64,000 nucleotides of DNA from an uncultured Candidatus Entotheonella sp. (GTDB taxonomy: Bacteria; Tectomicrobia; Entotheonellia; Entotheonellales; Entotheonellaceae): positions 2,976,001 to 3,040,000 of the forward strand of contig OZ244252.1 in the NCBI GenBank assembly GCA_965217185.1, read 5' to 3'. The notes beneath the pieces are model-generated. The model did no database searches, was not told the origin of the DNA, and saw only the letters and a program-made list of their open reading frames with translations. Positions 10,477 to 19,906 of the stretch are shown one piece after another. Position 1 is the first letter of the stretch. Every line of letters starts with the position of its first letter. Both the position numbers and the translations under genes were made by a program.

Positions 10477-11211
10477 ATGGCTTCATACTTTGGTGCCGGC
10501 TTGCAGAACATCATCCCGATGCTCGCAGGTCTCGGTACGATTGTGCAGCTCCTTGTTCTGGGTTCCCTTGTTCTCGCCTCTGTCGTCTGCTGGGCTATCA
10601 TCCTCAACAAATCGCGTCAATTCCGCCGTGTGCAGCGGTATGACCGGCGTTTTCGGCGTGCCTTCCAGTCGGCGCAGGATTTTGCCTTCCTGGCAGCCGC
10701 GGCGCGGCGCTTCTCGCAGTCGCCGATGGCAAGGCTATTGCGTACCGCGCATCGGTATGCCGAGGTATCGAGCAACGGCAGCGCGCCCGGCCTCTCTGGA
10801 AGGGGCTTGGACCGCTTGCGCCAAACGCTCGACGCACGGTTGGCGGTCGAAACGGGAGAGCTTGAGGTCGGCCTGCCCTTTCTGGCCACAACCGCCAGCG
10901 TCACGCCTTTCATCGGTCTCCTAGGCACCGTATGGGGCATTATCCAGTCGTTTCACGCCGTGGGTCAGGGAGGCAGCGCCTCGCTGGTCGTGGTGGGGCC
11001 TGGCATTTCCGAGGCGCTGGTGGCAACCGCCGCCGGCTTGGCGGCGGCCATCCCCGCCGTTATCGCATACAACTATTTTCTCAACCGTCTACACCGGATG
11101 GAAAGCGACATGCAGGGCTTCATCGAGGAACTCCTGCAGATGTTCGAGGCGGTGCCAATGGCAGAATCCGAGATGCCGACGGACGGCAGCCATGTGCCGT
11201 TGCAGCATTGA
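10477..11211 (+). CDS. tolQ: TolQ
   Basis: TPFIGLLGTVWGI, GISEALVATAAGLAAAIPA; first gene of the tol-pal cluster. Confidence 0.92.
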   Translation: MASYFGAGLQNIIPMLAGLGTIVQLLVLGSLVLASVVCWAIILNKSRQFRRVQRYDRRFRRAFQSAQDFAFLAAAARRFSQSPMARLLRTAHRYAEVSSNGSAPGLSGRGLDRLRQTLDARLAVETGELEVGLPFLATTASVTPFIGLLGTVWGIIQSFHAVGQGGSASLVVVGPGISEALVATAAGLAAAIPAVIAYNYFLNRLHRMESDMQGFIEELLQMFEAVPMAESEMPTDGSHVPLQH

Positions 11212-11226
11212 TGAAGGATACCCACC

Positions 11227-11646
11227 ATGGTAAGCAGTCAATCATCACGTCGCGCGGCCCTTGCCGAAATCAATGTGACGCCGTTGGTTGACGTCATGCT
11301 GGTGCTGTTGATCATTTTCATGATCACGGCACCCATGCTGCAGCACGAGGTGGAAGTCAACCTGCCGGAAGTCACCAACAAGCCCCACAACACGCAGTCG
11401 GAGGAGCAGTTCGTCCTCACCGTCACCAAGGAAGGAAGCGTTTTTCTCAACCGCACGGCCTATACCCTGGAGGCGTTGCGTCCACACCTACAGGTGCTGT
11501 CGCAGGCGCAGCCCGACCAGGAAATGTTTCTGCGCGCCGATGCCGAGGTGCCGTATGGCAGAGTCGTCCAGGTCATGGACGCTGTCAAAAAAGCCGGCAT
11601 TCTCAGGCTGGGGATGATTACACAACCTGAGCCGGATACACGATGA
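11227..11646 (+). CDS. tolR: TolR
   Basis: EINVTPLVDVMLVLLIIFMITAP; LRADAEVPYG. Confidence 0.93.
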   Translation: MVSSQSSRRAALAEINVTPLVDVMLVLLIIFMITAPMLQHEVEVNLPEVTNKPHNTQSEEQFVLTVTKEGSVFLNRTAYTLEALRPHLQVLSQAQPDQEMFLRADAEVPYGRVVQVMDAVKKAGILRLGMITQPEPDTR

Positions 11647-12647
11647 AAGCCGTCAAAGTCTCACATCAAATGGGTCATGCCAGGCAGACGCTGTTTGCCA
11701 CCTCCTTTGGCGTTTCTGTGTTGATCCACGGCCTGATGATTGGCTGGATGCTCAGCGGCAGTGGCTCAGCCCGCTCGCTGCTGTCGGGTGTGCCATCGTT
11801 TCATACGGTCTCCCTGGTTGATGCCCCTGGCTCTATTTTGCCTCTTGAGCCGGAATCGCAGCCGCAAGCCATTGCCGAGCCGGCGGCCATTCCCGAGGCC
11901 ATGAGCGACGCGACGGTGCAAAACGTTGAGCCGGAAACCGTGGTTCCACCTCCACAGGCCAAACAGGCAACGGAAATCCCCGAGGCGTCCGTCGAGCCGC
12001 CGGCACCGGCGGCTAAGCCCAAGCCAGTTGAAGAGCCCAAGAAGCCGTCGGTAGTCGAAACCCGGGACAAGAAGCCCGCACCGGCCAAAGCATCCGTCAA
12101 AAAGCCAGCACCAACCCAGACGTCCGCTAGAAAGCCAGCGCCGGCGGCGCCCAAGGTTGCTGCTGCGCAACCCAAGGCAGCACCGGCACCCAAAACCACC
12201 GCAAAGCCTAGATCGCCAGCCAGTCGGAACTCACCGCAGGCAGTGGCGCGCGCCCAACAGGCGATCGCCAACATGCGACGCGCCCAGGCTCGCGTTCAAG
12301 GGACAACCGCAAACCAAGCTCCCGGCAGTATCGCCGCCCGAATGAGTGACATACGCAAACAGGCTTACGTAGAACGCGTGCGGGCGCGTATCATCAATGC
12401 TTGGCATTTGCCGATGCCGAGTAAGATGGCGCAGGGACTCCAGGCCCGTGTGTTGCTGACCATTGACCGTGAGGGCCAAGTGATTCGGTACCAGTTGATC
12501 GGGCCATCCGGCAGCCAGACGTTCGATACCTCTCTGCAGCGGGCCGTACAGGCTTCGTTGCCTCTGCCGCCATTACCGGAGGATATTGGGGAAGATAGCC
12601 CTGTACAGGAATTTGAGTTCCGCTTTACACCCCGAGCATCGTCGTGA
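11643..12647 (+). CDS. tolA: TolA/TonB-like energy transducer
   Basis: N-terminal TM with SxxxH, Pro/Ala/Lys-rich linker, TonB-C-like domain; position between tolR and tolB. Confidence 0.85.
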   Translation: MKAVKVSHQMGHARQTLFATSFGVSVLIHGLMIGWMLSGSGSARSLLSGVPSFHTVSLVDAPGSILPLEPESQPQAIAEPAAIPEAMSDATVQNVEPETVVPPPQAKQATEIPEASVEPPAPAAKPKPVEEPKKPSVVETRDKKPAPAKASVKKPAPTQTSARKPAPAAPKVAAAQPKAAPAPKTTAKPRSPASRNSPQAVARAQQAIANMRRAQARVQGTTANQAPGSIAARMSDIRKQAYVERVRARIINAWHLPMPSKMAQGLQARVLLTIDREGQVIRYQLIGPSGSQTFDTSLQRAVQASLPLPPLPEDIGEDSPVQEFEFRFTPRASS

Positions 12648-12655
12648 GGACAAGC

Positions 12656-13975
12656 ATGCGAATCGTTTCTCGCAAATGCGCCATTCTGGCCTTAGTGTTC
12701 GTGTTGTGCTGGATTGTTTACCCGGCGTCACAGGAGCGGATCATCATCGACATCGATCAAGTCGGCGGCTACCTCCTCCCCATTGCGCTTCCGAAACTCA
12801 AGGGGGAAACGGTAGACCCGGTGCTGGGACAGCAAATCCGTACCGTGATGCAGCGTAACCTCGAACGTACCGGGCTGTTCCGCATCATCGAGTCAAACGG
12901 CAATAGCGTCCAGACGATCCAAACGTTGCCTTATGGCGACTGGTCGAGAATGGGAGTTGCCGGCGTCATCGCCGGCCAACTCGACGTGTCCAACGGCCGG
13001 GCGCCACTTACCTTGCAACTCACGGTCCACGACGTCGCCCAGCAATTGATGCTGTCTGGCAAGGTCTACCAAGGGTCCCTCGAAGGGCATCGGCGTATGG
13101 CACACCGCTTCAGCGACCATGTGCTGGAGAAATTCACCGGTGAACAGGGCCCATTCGACACCCAGGTCATGTGTGCCAGCCCCGTGCCGGATAGCAAGGC
13201 GAGGGATATCGTACGCATGGATTATGACGGCCACGGCGTGCGGCGCCTCGTCGCCAACGGCGCCTTGAATCTGGCCCCTGTGCTGTCGCCCGATGGCAGC
13301 GTTTTGGCGTACACTTCGTACCGCGCCGGCTCGCCGGACATTTACTTGCTGAACCTGCACGACGGCCAGGAGGAACGTCTGACGAGCGAGCCGGGCCTGG
13401 CCCTGGCGGGTTCTTGGTCGCCCGACGGGCGCTATCTGGCCTTGAGCCGGACGGTCGACGGCAACAACGACATCTTCCTCTATGATACCCGGCGTCGGCG
13501 TTTCAAGAGACTGACGAACGATCCGGGCATTGACGTGTCCCCCAGTTTCGCCCCGGACGGCCACCGTCTGGTCTTCACCTCGGACCGTGGCGGTTCGCCG
13601 CAACTTTATCTCACCAACGTGAAGGGAGGGAGGCCTGCTCGTCTGACATTTGAAGGGACCTACAATACCGCTCCGGCGTGGTCGCCGCGGGACGATACCA
13701 TCGCTTATGTAGGACGCAGCGAGGATCGCGCGATGGCCATTTACACGATCCATGCCGAAAGTCGCCAACGTCAGCGCCTGAGTTTCGGGCCCCGTCAGTA
13801 TGAGGCGCCGACTTGGGACCCGTACGGCCGTTTCTTGATGCACACCAGCAGGGTTGGAGACGCATGGCAACGCTACATGGTGCGCCAGGACGGACATGAT
13901 AAAATACTTCCTGTCGCCAATGGGCTTGCCTGTCTCTCACCCCAATGGGTAGCGCGCGCAAAACCATCGTCCTAA
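12656..13975 (+). CDS. tolB: TolB beta-propeller protein
   Basis: Repeated (W/L/F)SPDG PD40 motifs, AHRFSD, FTSDRGGSPQLY. Confidence 0.92.
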   Translation: MRIVSRKCAILALVFVLCWIVYPASQERIIIDIDQVGGYLLPIALPKLKGETVDPVLGQQIRTVMQRNLERTGLFRIIESNGNSVQTIQTLPYGDWSRMGVAGVIAGQLDVSNGRAPLTLQLTVHDVAQQLMLSGKVYQGSLEGHRRMAHRFSDHVLEKFTGEQGPFDTQVMCASPVPDSKARDIVRMDYDGHGVRRLVANGALNLAPVLSPDGSVLAYTSYRAGSPDIYLLNLHDGQEERLTSEPGLALAGSWSPDGRYLALSRTVDGNNDIFLYDTRRRRFKRLTNDPGIDVSPSFAPDGHRLVFTSDRGGSPQLYLTNVKGGRPARLTFEGTYNTAPAWSPRDDTIAYVGRSEDRAMAIYTIHAESRQRQRLSFGPRQYEAPTWDPYGRFLMHTSRVGDAWQRYMVRQDGHDKILPVANGLACLSPQWVARAKPSS

Positions 13976-13997
13976 ACCGTATAGGAGAATCAGCGTC

Positions 13998-14615
13998 ATG
14001 GTCTTTCAACTATTGCGAATCACGGTAATTGTTTTCCTGTCAACGATCCTTTTGGCAGGCTGTGGGCGTAAAGCCGGTTCGGTGGCGCCGGAACCCGCCG
14101 CCGATATGGCAACCTCGTCCGAGGAGGCTGACGCCGAGGCAGGCATGCCAGACGGAATGGGCGATGAAGGGGCGATGTCGGAAGCCGACATTCTGGTTGA
14201 GCGCGCCATGGTGGCCGAGCAGCAGGCCCTTCAGGCAGAAGCCATGCGCCAAGCCGAAATGGCCGAAATGGCTCAGGCGGGTTTCGTAAACGAGGACATC
14301 CACTTCGCTTTCGACAGCTTTCTGCTCGACCCTGATGCCGAGCGCATCCTTGGGGAAAAAACCGCATGGCTACAAGACAATGCCAATGTCGGCGTGCAGA
14401 TCGAAGGGCACTGCGACGAGCGCGGCACCAGTGACTACAACCTTGCCCTCGGCGAACGCCGGGCCAACGCTGTGCAGCAGTATCTGACGGTGCTGGGCAT
14501 TGACTCCGGCCGTCTCTCGACCATCAGTTATGGCGAGGAGCAGCCTCTGGATCCCGGCCATGACGAGGTGGCGTGGAGCCGTAACCGGCGGGCTCGCTTC
14601 GTCATTATTCAATAA
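13998..14615 (+). CDS. pal: Peptidoglycan-associated lipoprotein Pal
   Basis: Lipobox LLAGC; IEGHCDERGT..YNLALGERRA; ISYGEEQP; NRRA. Confidence 0.95.
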   Translation: MVFQLLRITVIVFLSTILLAGCGRKAGSVAPEPAADMATSSEEADAEAGMPDGMGDEGAMSEADILVERAMVAEQQALQAEAMRQAEMAEMAQAGFVNEDIHFAFDSFLLDPDAERILGEKTAWLQDNANVGVQIEGHCDERGTSDYNLALGERRANAVQQYLTVLGIDSGRLSTISYGEEQPLDPGHDEVAWSRNRRARFVIIQ

Positions 14616-14633
14616 ATAGAAAGAGGTGTGCGT

Positions 14634-15608
14634 ATGCGACGGTTTGTCTTATTTGCCAACCTTCTCATGGCTGGTTTCCTGTCCGGCTGCACGAGTGAAG
14701 TGGACATGGCCAATATGCGCGACAACACGTTGCACAGCACGCAAATTCGGTCCGATCAGGTCACGACGATACAGGAGCGTGTGGCACGGTTGGAGGCGTC
14801 CGAAGAGGGGAGGCAGCGTAGCCTGATCCGTATGACTGCCGCCTTGGATGAACTGCGTCTCGAGCAGCGGAAATTACGCGGCGAACTCGAGGAAGCACAG
14901 TACCACCAAGAACAGGTCGGCACCGATCTGGATTACAGGCTGACTGCCCTGGATCAGCGTTTGCGCATCTTGGAGACTCGCCCCGGAGTAGGCGGCATCG
15001 CCCCAGGCCAACTTGGCCCTGGCAGCGAGCCTCCTCCTCTCAATCAAGGATTAGAGATTGAGCCGCCTGTGGAACCCGTCGCGGAGCCGACTCTGCCGGC
15101 ACCTGAGTCGGAACCCGTTGCGGTAGAACCGCCGGCAACACCGGAGCCAGAAGTCGTGGCGGTAGAGCCGCCCCCAACACCAGAACCGGAGCCTGTCGTA
15201 GAGCCGCCGGCCTTACCACCGGAAGAAGATCCCGAAGCCATACGGCTGCTCCAACGCGCCCGCGAGGATTACCAACAGGGCAACTACGAGGTGGCGATCA
15301 TTCTCTTCAAGCAGTACTTGCGGCAGTATCCGCAGTCCGCTCAAGCGGGGGACGCCCAGTACTGGGTCGGCGAATCGCTTTACGCGCAGAAGGAATATAA
15401 CGCCGCCATCGTCGCCTTCGACGAGGTGATACAGCAGTACCCACAGAACGAAATGGTTGCGGCGGCAACGCTGAAGGTCGGCTTATCGTTCGCCAACCTT
15501 GACGACAAGCCGAACGCGCGGTTCTTTCTGCAGCAGGTACAGGAAAAATTTGCCAACAGCGCCGAAGCGCAACTGGCCACCGAGAAATTAAAGCAATTGC
15601 GACGTTAA
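14634..15608 (+). CDS. cpoB: CpoB/YbgF tol-pal associated TPR protein
   Basis: Lipobox LSGC, coiled coil, Pro/Glu linker, TPRs (AQYWVGESLY); directly after pal. Confidence 0.88.
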   Translation: MRRFVLFANLLMAGFLSGCTSEVDMANMRDNTLHSTQIRSDQVTTIQERVARLEASEEGRQRSLIRMTAALDELRLEQRKLRGELEEAQYHQEQVGTDLDYRLTALDQRLRILETRPGVGGIAPGQLGPGSEPPPLNQGLEIEPPVEPVAEPTLPAPESEPVAVEPPATPEPEVVAVEPPPTPEPEPVVEPPALPPEEDPEAIRLLQRAREDYQQGNYEVAIILFKQYLRQYPQSAQAGDAQYWVGESLYAQKEYNAAIVAFDEVIQQYPQNEMVAAATLKVGLSFANLDDKPNARFFLQQVQEKFANSAEAQLATEKLKQLRR

Positions 15609-15627
15609 CGGCGTGAGGAGAGCACTG

Positions 15628-16383
15628 ATGGGACGACTCGACGGGAAGGTGGCGTTGATCAGCGGCGGCGCGCGCGGCCAAGGCGCCACCGAGGGGCGGA
15701 TGATGGCACAGGAGGGCGCCAAGGTGGTCCTGGGCGACATCCTGGACGAGCAGGGCCGTGCGGTCGAAGCGGAAATCCGTGCTGCCGGCGGTGCGGCGAC
15801 CTATGTGCATCTGAACGTCACCAGCGAGTCGGATTGGCAGTCAGCGATGCAAATAGCCGAAAGCACGTATGGCGGCTTGCACGTGCTGGTAAACAACGCC
15901 GGGATTTTAATCCGCGCCACGATCGAGGAGACCACGGAGGACGATTTCGACCGCATCATGGCCGTCAACGTCAAGGGGGTATTTTTCGGCACCAAGCACG
16001 CCATCCCGGCCATGCGCCGCGCCGGCGGCGGCTCGATCGTCAATATCTCGTCGACGGCTGGGCTCGTCGGGAGCCCCGGAGAGACGGCGGCATACTCTGC
16101 CACCAAGGGAAGCGTGCGCCTGTTTACCAAGTCCACCGCCATTCAACACGCCAGCGACAACATTCGTTGCAATTCCGTGCATCCCGGTCCGATCGCTACC
16201 GACATGATCAAGGACATGCTCGAAGACCCGGAGCAGTGGGAGCAGCGGATGCGGCGCCTGCCCCTCAAGCGCCCCGGCAGGCCGGAGGACATCGCTTACG
16301 GCGTTATCTATCTGGCCTCGGATGAATCATCTTACGTTACTGGCGCCGAGTTGGTGATCGATGGCGGCACCACCGCCGAATAG
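15628..16383 (+). CDS. Short-chain dehydrogenase/reductase
   Basis: SGGARGQG, NNAG, YSATK, NSVHPG, VIDGG. Confidence 0.92.
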   Translation: MGRLDGKVALISGGARGQGATEGRMMAQEGAKVVLGDILDEQGRAVEAEIRAAGGAATYVHLNVTSESDWQSAMQIAESTYGGLHVLVNNAGILIRATIEETTEDDFDRIMAVNVKGVFFGTKHAIPAMRRAGGGSIVNISSTAGLVGSPGETAAYSATKGSVRLFTKSTAIQHASDNIRCNSVHPGPIATDMIKDMLEDPEQWEQRMRRLPLKRPGRPEDIAYGVIYLASDESSYVTGAELVIDGGTTAE

Positions 16384-16400
16384 CGGCTCGCCAAACTTCT

Positions 16401-16982
16401 CTACTTTTCCAATTGCTGCAGGAATGTTGCCAAACGAGCGCCAAGTCTGGTAACACGGGCCTGCATTCCCTCGTCCTGAATACTCCCATCCGGCTGAAAG
16501 GCCCGCATCGCCTGAGAAATCGTGACCTGTTCGGGCAATACCAATACACCGATATTCCCCAAGATCGTGCGCACATGTGTCAGCGATCGCACGCCGCCGA
16601 ACCCCCCTGCCGCAGCACTCATCAGCACCACCACCTTGCCCTGAAACGCCACCAGTCGCGGCTCATCGGGGACTGGGCGCGACACCCAATCAATGGTGTT
16701 CTTCAGCACCGCGCTGATAGAGCTGTTGTATTCGGGCGCCGCGATCAGGAAGCCGTCATGCGCTATCATCAGCCGTTTAAACGCCTGCGCCGCCGCGGGC
16801 AGCCCCTCCGCCGCCTCCAAGTCGCCGTCGTACAACGGCATCGCATAGTCCCGGAGGTCCACCAGGGTCACTTCCACCCCGGCACCGCGCGCCCCATCCG
16901 CGGCGATGCGGACCATCTTCTTGTTGAATGAATCCGCACGCGTGCTGCCGGCAAACGCGAGAATGCTTGGTTGATCTGCCAT
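16401..16982 (-). CDS. NADPH-dependent FMN reductase (ChrR/SsuE family)
   Basis: GSTRADSFN, PEYNSSISAVLKNTIDW. Confidence 0.92.
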   Translation of the reverse strand: MADQPSILAFAGSTRADSFNKKMVRIAADGARGAGVEVTLVDLRDYAMPLYDGDLEAAEGLPAAAQAFKRLMIAHDGFLIAAPEYNSSISAVLKNTIDWVSRPVPDEPRLVAFQGKVVVLMSAAAGGFGGVRSLTHVRTILGNIGVLVLPEQVTISQAMRAFQPDGSIQDEGMQARVTRLGARLATFLQQLEK

Positions 16983-17113
16983 TTCTTTCCTTTCTGCTGC
17001 TCCGTGTGCAAGGTCGCTTTACCGTTCTCCGAGCTTCCATATTATGATGGCGGCGGCATTCTAACATATCGTTTCGATCCCTCTCCGGTTTCGTCTTTGC
17101 CATCTGCTTGTTC

Positions 17114-17141
17114 TTGACAGCATGGAAAATAGCAGTAGGCT
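17114..17141 (+). promoter_or_regulatory. Putative sigma70 promoter of the PQQ dehydrogenase
   Basis: TTGACA-16nt-TAGGCT about 95 nt upstream of the start codon. Confidence 0.45.
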
Positions 17142-17235
17142 AGGCGCCTTCCACCTCACCGAGCGGTACTGAAGGTGGGGAGTTGGGATATGGAGTTCAG
17201 GTGCATCTGAGCTTCTTAACTTTGAGGAGAGAGAC

Positions 17236-19020
17236 ATGGATGAGCGGAAACGTTTAAGGTCTCTGATCGCATTGCTGATGGCCGCCTTGTTCGTCATCTG
17301 GGGAGGAACCGCCATGGCGGCTTCCCACGAGGAGGGAGAGGACGCATCGCGTTTCTCATCTGAAGAGATCGAAGGCGAGGAGGAAGGAGCGCGTATCGAA
17401 ATCCTGGAGGGATACGTCTCGCCAGGCATTATTACCGATTCCATGTTGATGAACGCCGGCAAGGATCCGAACAACTGGATTTTGTACGGCAAGGACTATT
17501 CCCACACCCGCTACAGCCAACTCGATGAGATCAACACCGAGACGGTCCGGAACCTCGTGCCCAAATGGGTGCTGTCGTTTGGCTCGCTGGACAGCCAGGG
17601 CAGCCAGACGATTGCCTTCAATGGCAACCTGTTTGTCAGTTCGTCGCACAACCGCTTTTTCCGCGTCGACGCGCGGACGGGCCGCACCGTGTGGCGCTAC
17701 GACCACCCACTGCCGGGCGACGTCGCCCCGCACCTGTGCTGCGACGTGATCAACCGCGGCCCGGCGCTCTACGGCGACAAAGCCTACGTGGCGACCCTGG
17801 ACGGCCATCTGGTATCGCTGGATACCGCAAGCGGCCAGGTCGTCTGGGATCATACGGTGGCGGATTACAAGAGCTCCTACAGCTTCACCCTGATGCCGCT
17901 GGCGCTGGACGGCAAGATCATCATCGGCACGTCGGGGGCGGAGTTCGGCATTCGCGGCTTCATTACCGCGCGTGATGCCGAGACCGGCGAAGAAGTGTGG
18001 AAGACGCACACCATTCCCGCTCCGGGCGAACCGGGCGGCGACACCTGGCCGGGGGATACCTGGAAGTACGGCGGCGGCTCGGCGTGGGTGACGGGCTCCT
18101 ACGACCCCGAGCTGAACAACCTCTACTGGGGCGTCGGACAGCCTGGCCCGTGGGATCGTCATGCCCACCCGGGCGACAACCTGTACACCAACTCCACCGT
18201 CGTCATGGATCCGGATTCCGGGGCCATCAAGTTCCACTTTCAATACACCCCGAATGATCCATATGACTACGACGGCGTGAACGAGAACATCCTGGCCGAC
18301 ATTGACGGCCAGAAAGTCTGGCTCCACGCGGACCGCAACGGGCACTTCTATTCCATCGACCGCACCAACGGCAGCTTCAACTACGCCGTGCCTCTGGGCA
18401 AGGTCACCTGGAACCGGGGCTTCGATCCCGAGACCGGTCGGCCGATCTTTGCCTATCCGGAGATGGACGTTGGCCATGACAAGGTGACCGAGGGTATCTA
18501 CCCTGCTCTATTCGGCGGCAAGGAGTGGAACCCCATGGCCTACAACCCGCATACCCAGATCGCCTACGTGCCCGCCTTCGGCGACCACAGCATGGACCTG
18601 CAGGCCAAGGTGGAGAGGTATACGCGCGGCGAGCTCTACCTCGGCATCAAGACCATGAAGTTCTACGGCGGTGGCGGCGAGTTGCGCGCCATCAACGCCA
18701 AGAACGGCGAGTTGGTCTGGGTGCATAACAACCCGATGCCGTTCCGCAGCAGTGTCATCGCCACCGCCGGAAACCTGGTGTTCGCCGGTGATACGGAGGG
18801 CTACATCAAGGCATTCAACGCCACCACCGGCGCGCAACTGTGGAGTTTCAACTGCGGCACCGCTGTCATGGGCGGCGTGAATACCTTCACGGTGGACGGC
18901 AAGCAGGTACTCGCCGTTGTCGCCGGCCAAGCCGGCACGGCTATCGAGACGGGCCTGGACCAGGACTGGCCCAAGAAACACCAGAAGGGCGGCTATCTGA
19001 TCGCCTTCGAACTGCACTAA
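17236..19020 (+). CDS. PQQ-dependent methanol/ethanol-family dehydrogenase, predicted lanthanide-dependent
   Basis: Signal peptide; vicinal CCDVINRG; GAEFGIRG; TPNDPYDYDGVNE (D-x-D); ADRNG; Trp-docking propeller repeats. Confidence 0.9.
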   Translation: MDERKRLRSLIALLMAALFVIWGGTAMAASHEEGEDASRFSSEEIEGEEEGARIEILEGYVSPGIITDSMLMNAGKDPNNWILYGKDYSHTRYSQLDEINTETVRNLVPKWVLSFGSLDSQGSQTIAFNGNLFVSSSHNRFFRVDARTGRTVWRYDHPLPGDVAPHLCCDVINRGPALYGDKAYVATLDGHLVSLDTASGQVVWDHTVADYKSSYSFTLMPLALDGKIIIGTSGAEFGIRGFITARDAETGEEVWKTHTIPAPGEPGGDTWPGDTWKYGGGSAWVTGSYDPELNNLYWGVGQPGPWDRHAHPGDNLYTNSTVVMDPDSGAIKFHFQYTPNDPYDYDGVNENILADIDGQKVWLHADRNGHFYSIDRTNGSFNYAVPLGKVTWNRGFDPETGRPIFAYPEMDVGHDKVTEGIYPALFGGKEWNPMAYNPHTQIAYVPAFGDHSMDLQAKVERYTRGELYLGIKTMKFYGGGGELRAINAKNGELVWVHNNPMPFRSSVIATAGNLVFAGDTEGYIKAFNATTGAQLWSFNCGTAVMGGVNTFTVDGKQVLAVVAGQAGTAIETGLDQDWPKKHQKGGYLIAFELH

Positions 19021-19038
19021 CCTTTTCCAACTGACCGA

Positions 19039-19085
19039 CTGAGGCTGCTGTGGATCGTCATGATCCGTAGCAGCCTCAGCTTTTT
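19039..19085 (+). terminator. Intrinsic terminator
   Basis: Stem CTGAGGCTGCTGTGGATC / GATCCGTAGCAGCCTCAG followed by a T-run, just after the stop at 19020. Confidence 0.8.
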
Positions 19086-19114
19086 CAAAGCTTGCTCAGA
19101 CTGAGAGGAGAATC

Positions 19115-19870
19115 ATGGGCGTAGAGGGCAAGGTGTGCATCATCACCGGCGGAGGAAGCGGGATCGGCCGGGGCGCCGCTTTGATGATGGCGGAGCAGGG
19201 CGCCAAGATCGTTGCGGTGGGCCGCACGGCGTCAAAAATTGAAGCCGTACGGGATGAGATTACGTCGAGTGGAGGAGAGGCACTGGCTTTCGGCCTCGAC
19301 GTCGCCGATTATGATGCGGTTCGTGGCATGGTCAAGCAGGCGTTGGACGCCTTCGGACGTGTCGACGTCCTCATCAACAACGCCGGGCACAGCTCGCGCC
19401 ATCGCCGCATCCTGACAACGCCGCCGGACGAAATCCGCTCCGTCATCGACTCCAACCTGGTGGGGTCCATATACTGCACGCAGGCGGTGCTGCCGTCCAT
19501 GCTGGAAGCCAAGGATGGGCTGATCCTCAACGTCGCCTCCCTGGCCGGGGTGCATACCAGCTACCTAGGGGGCATGATCTATAGCGCCGTGAAGGCGGGC
19601 GTCATTCATTTCACCCGCTTCCTCAATTTCGAGCTGACCAATACGGGTGTGCGGGCGAGCGTGCTTATCCCGGGTGAAGTGGACACGCCGATCATGGAAA
19701 AGCGGCCCGTGCCGCCGACCGCGGACGACCGCACGACCATGATCGGTATTGACGAGTGCGCTGAAGCCTTGACGATGATCGCCGGGTTGCCCAAACGGTC
19801 TTCCATATCCGAACTGATCATCCAGCCCACCATGATACGAAACGCCACCGAGGTCGCCGATTTTCCGTAG
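19115..19870 (+). CDS. Short-chain dehydrogenase/reductase
   Basis: TGGGSGIG, NNAG, YSAVK, PGEVDT. Confidence 0.9.
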   Translation: MGVEGKVCIITGGGSGIGRGAALMMAEQGAKIVAVGRTASKIEAVRDEITSSGGEALAFGLDVADYDAVRGMVKQALDAFGRVDVLINNAGHSSRHRRILTTPPDEIRSVIDSNLVGSIYCTQAVLPSMLEAKDGLILNVASLAGVHTSYLGGMIYSAVKAGVIHFTRFLNFELTNTGVRASVLIPGEVDTPIMEKRPVPPTADDRTTMIGIDECAEALTMIAGLPKRSSISELIIQPTMIRNATEVADFP

Positions 19871-19906
19871 GCCAGCCGCCTCCCGGTTGACCCACCGGAT
19901 TGATTC

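Noticed and set aside
15060..15220. Imperfect ~39-bp tandem repeats
   Set aside because: In-frame Pro/Glu linker of CpoB (VAVEPP.TPEP); not a CRISPR or non-coding array.
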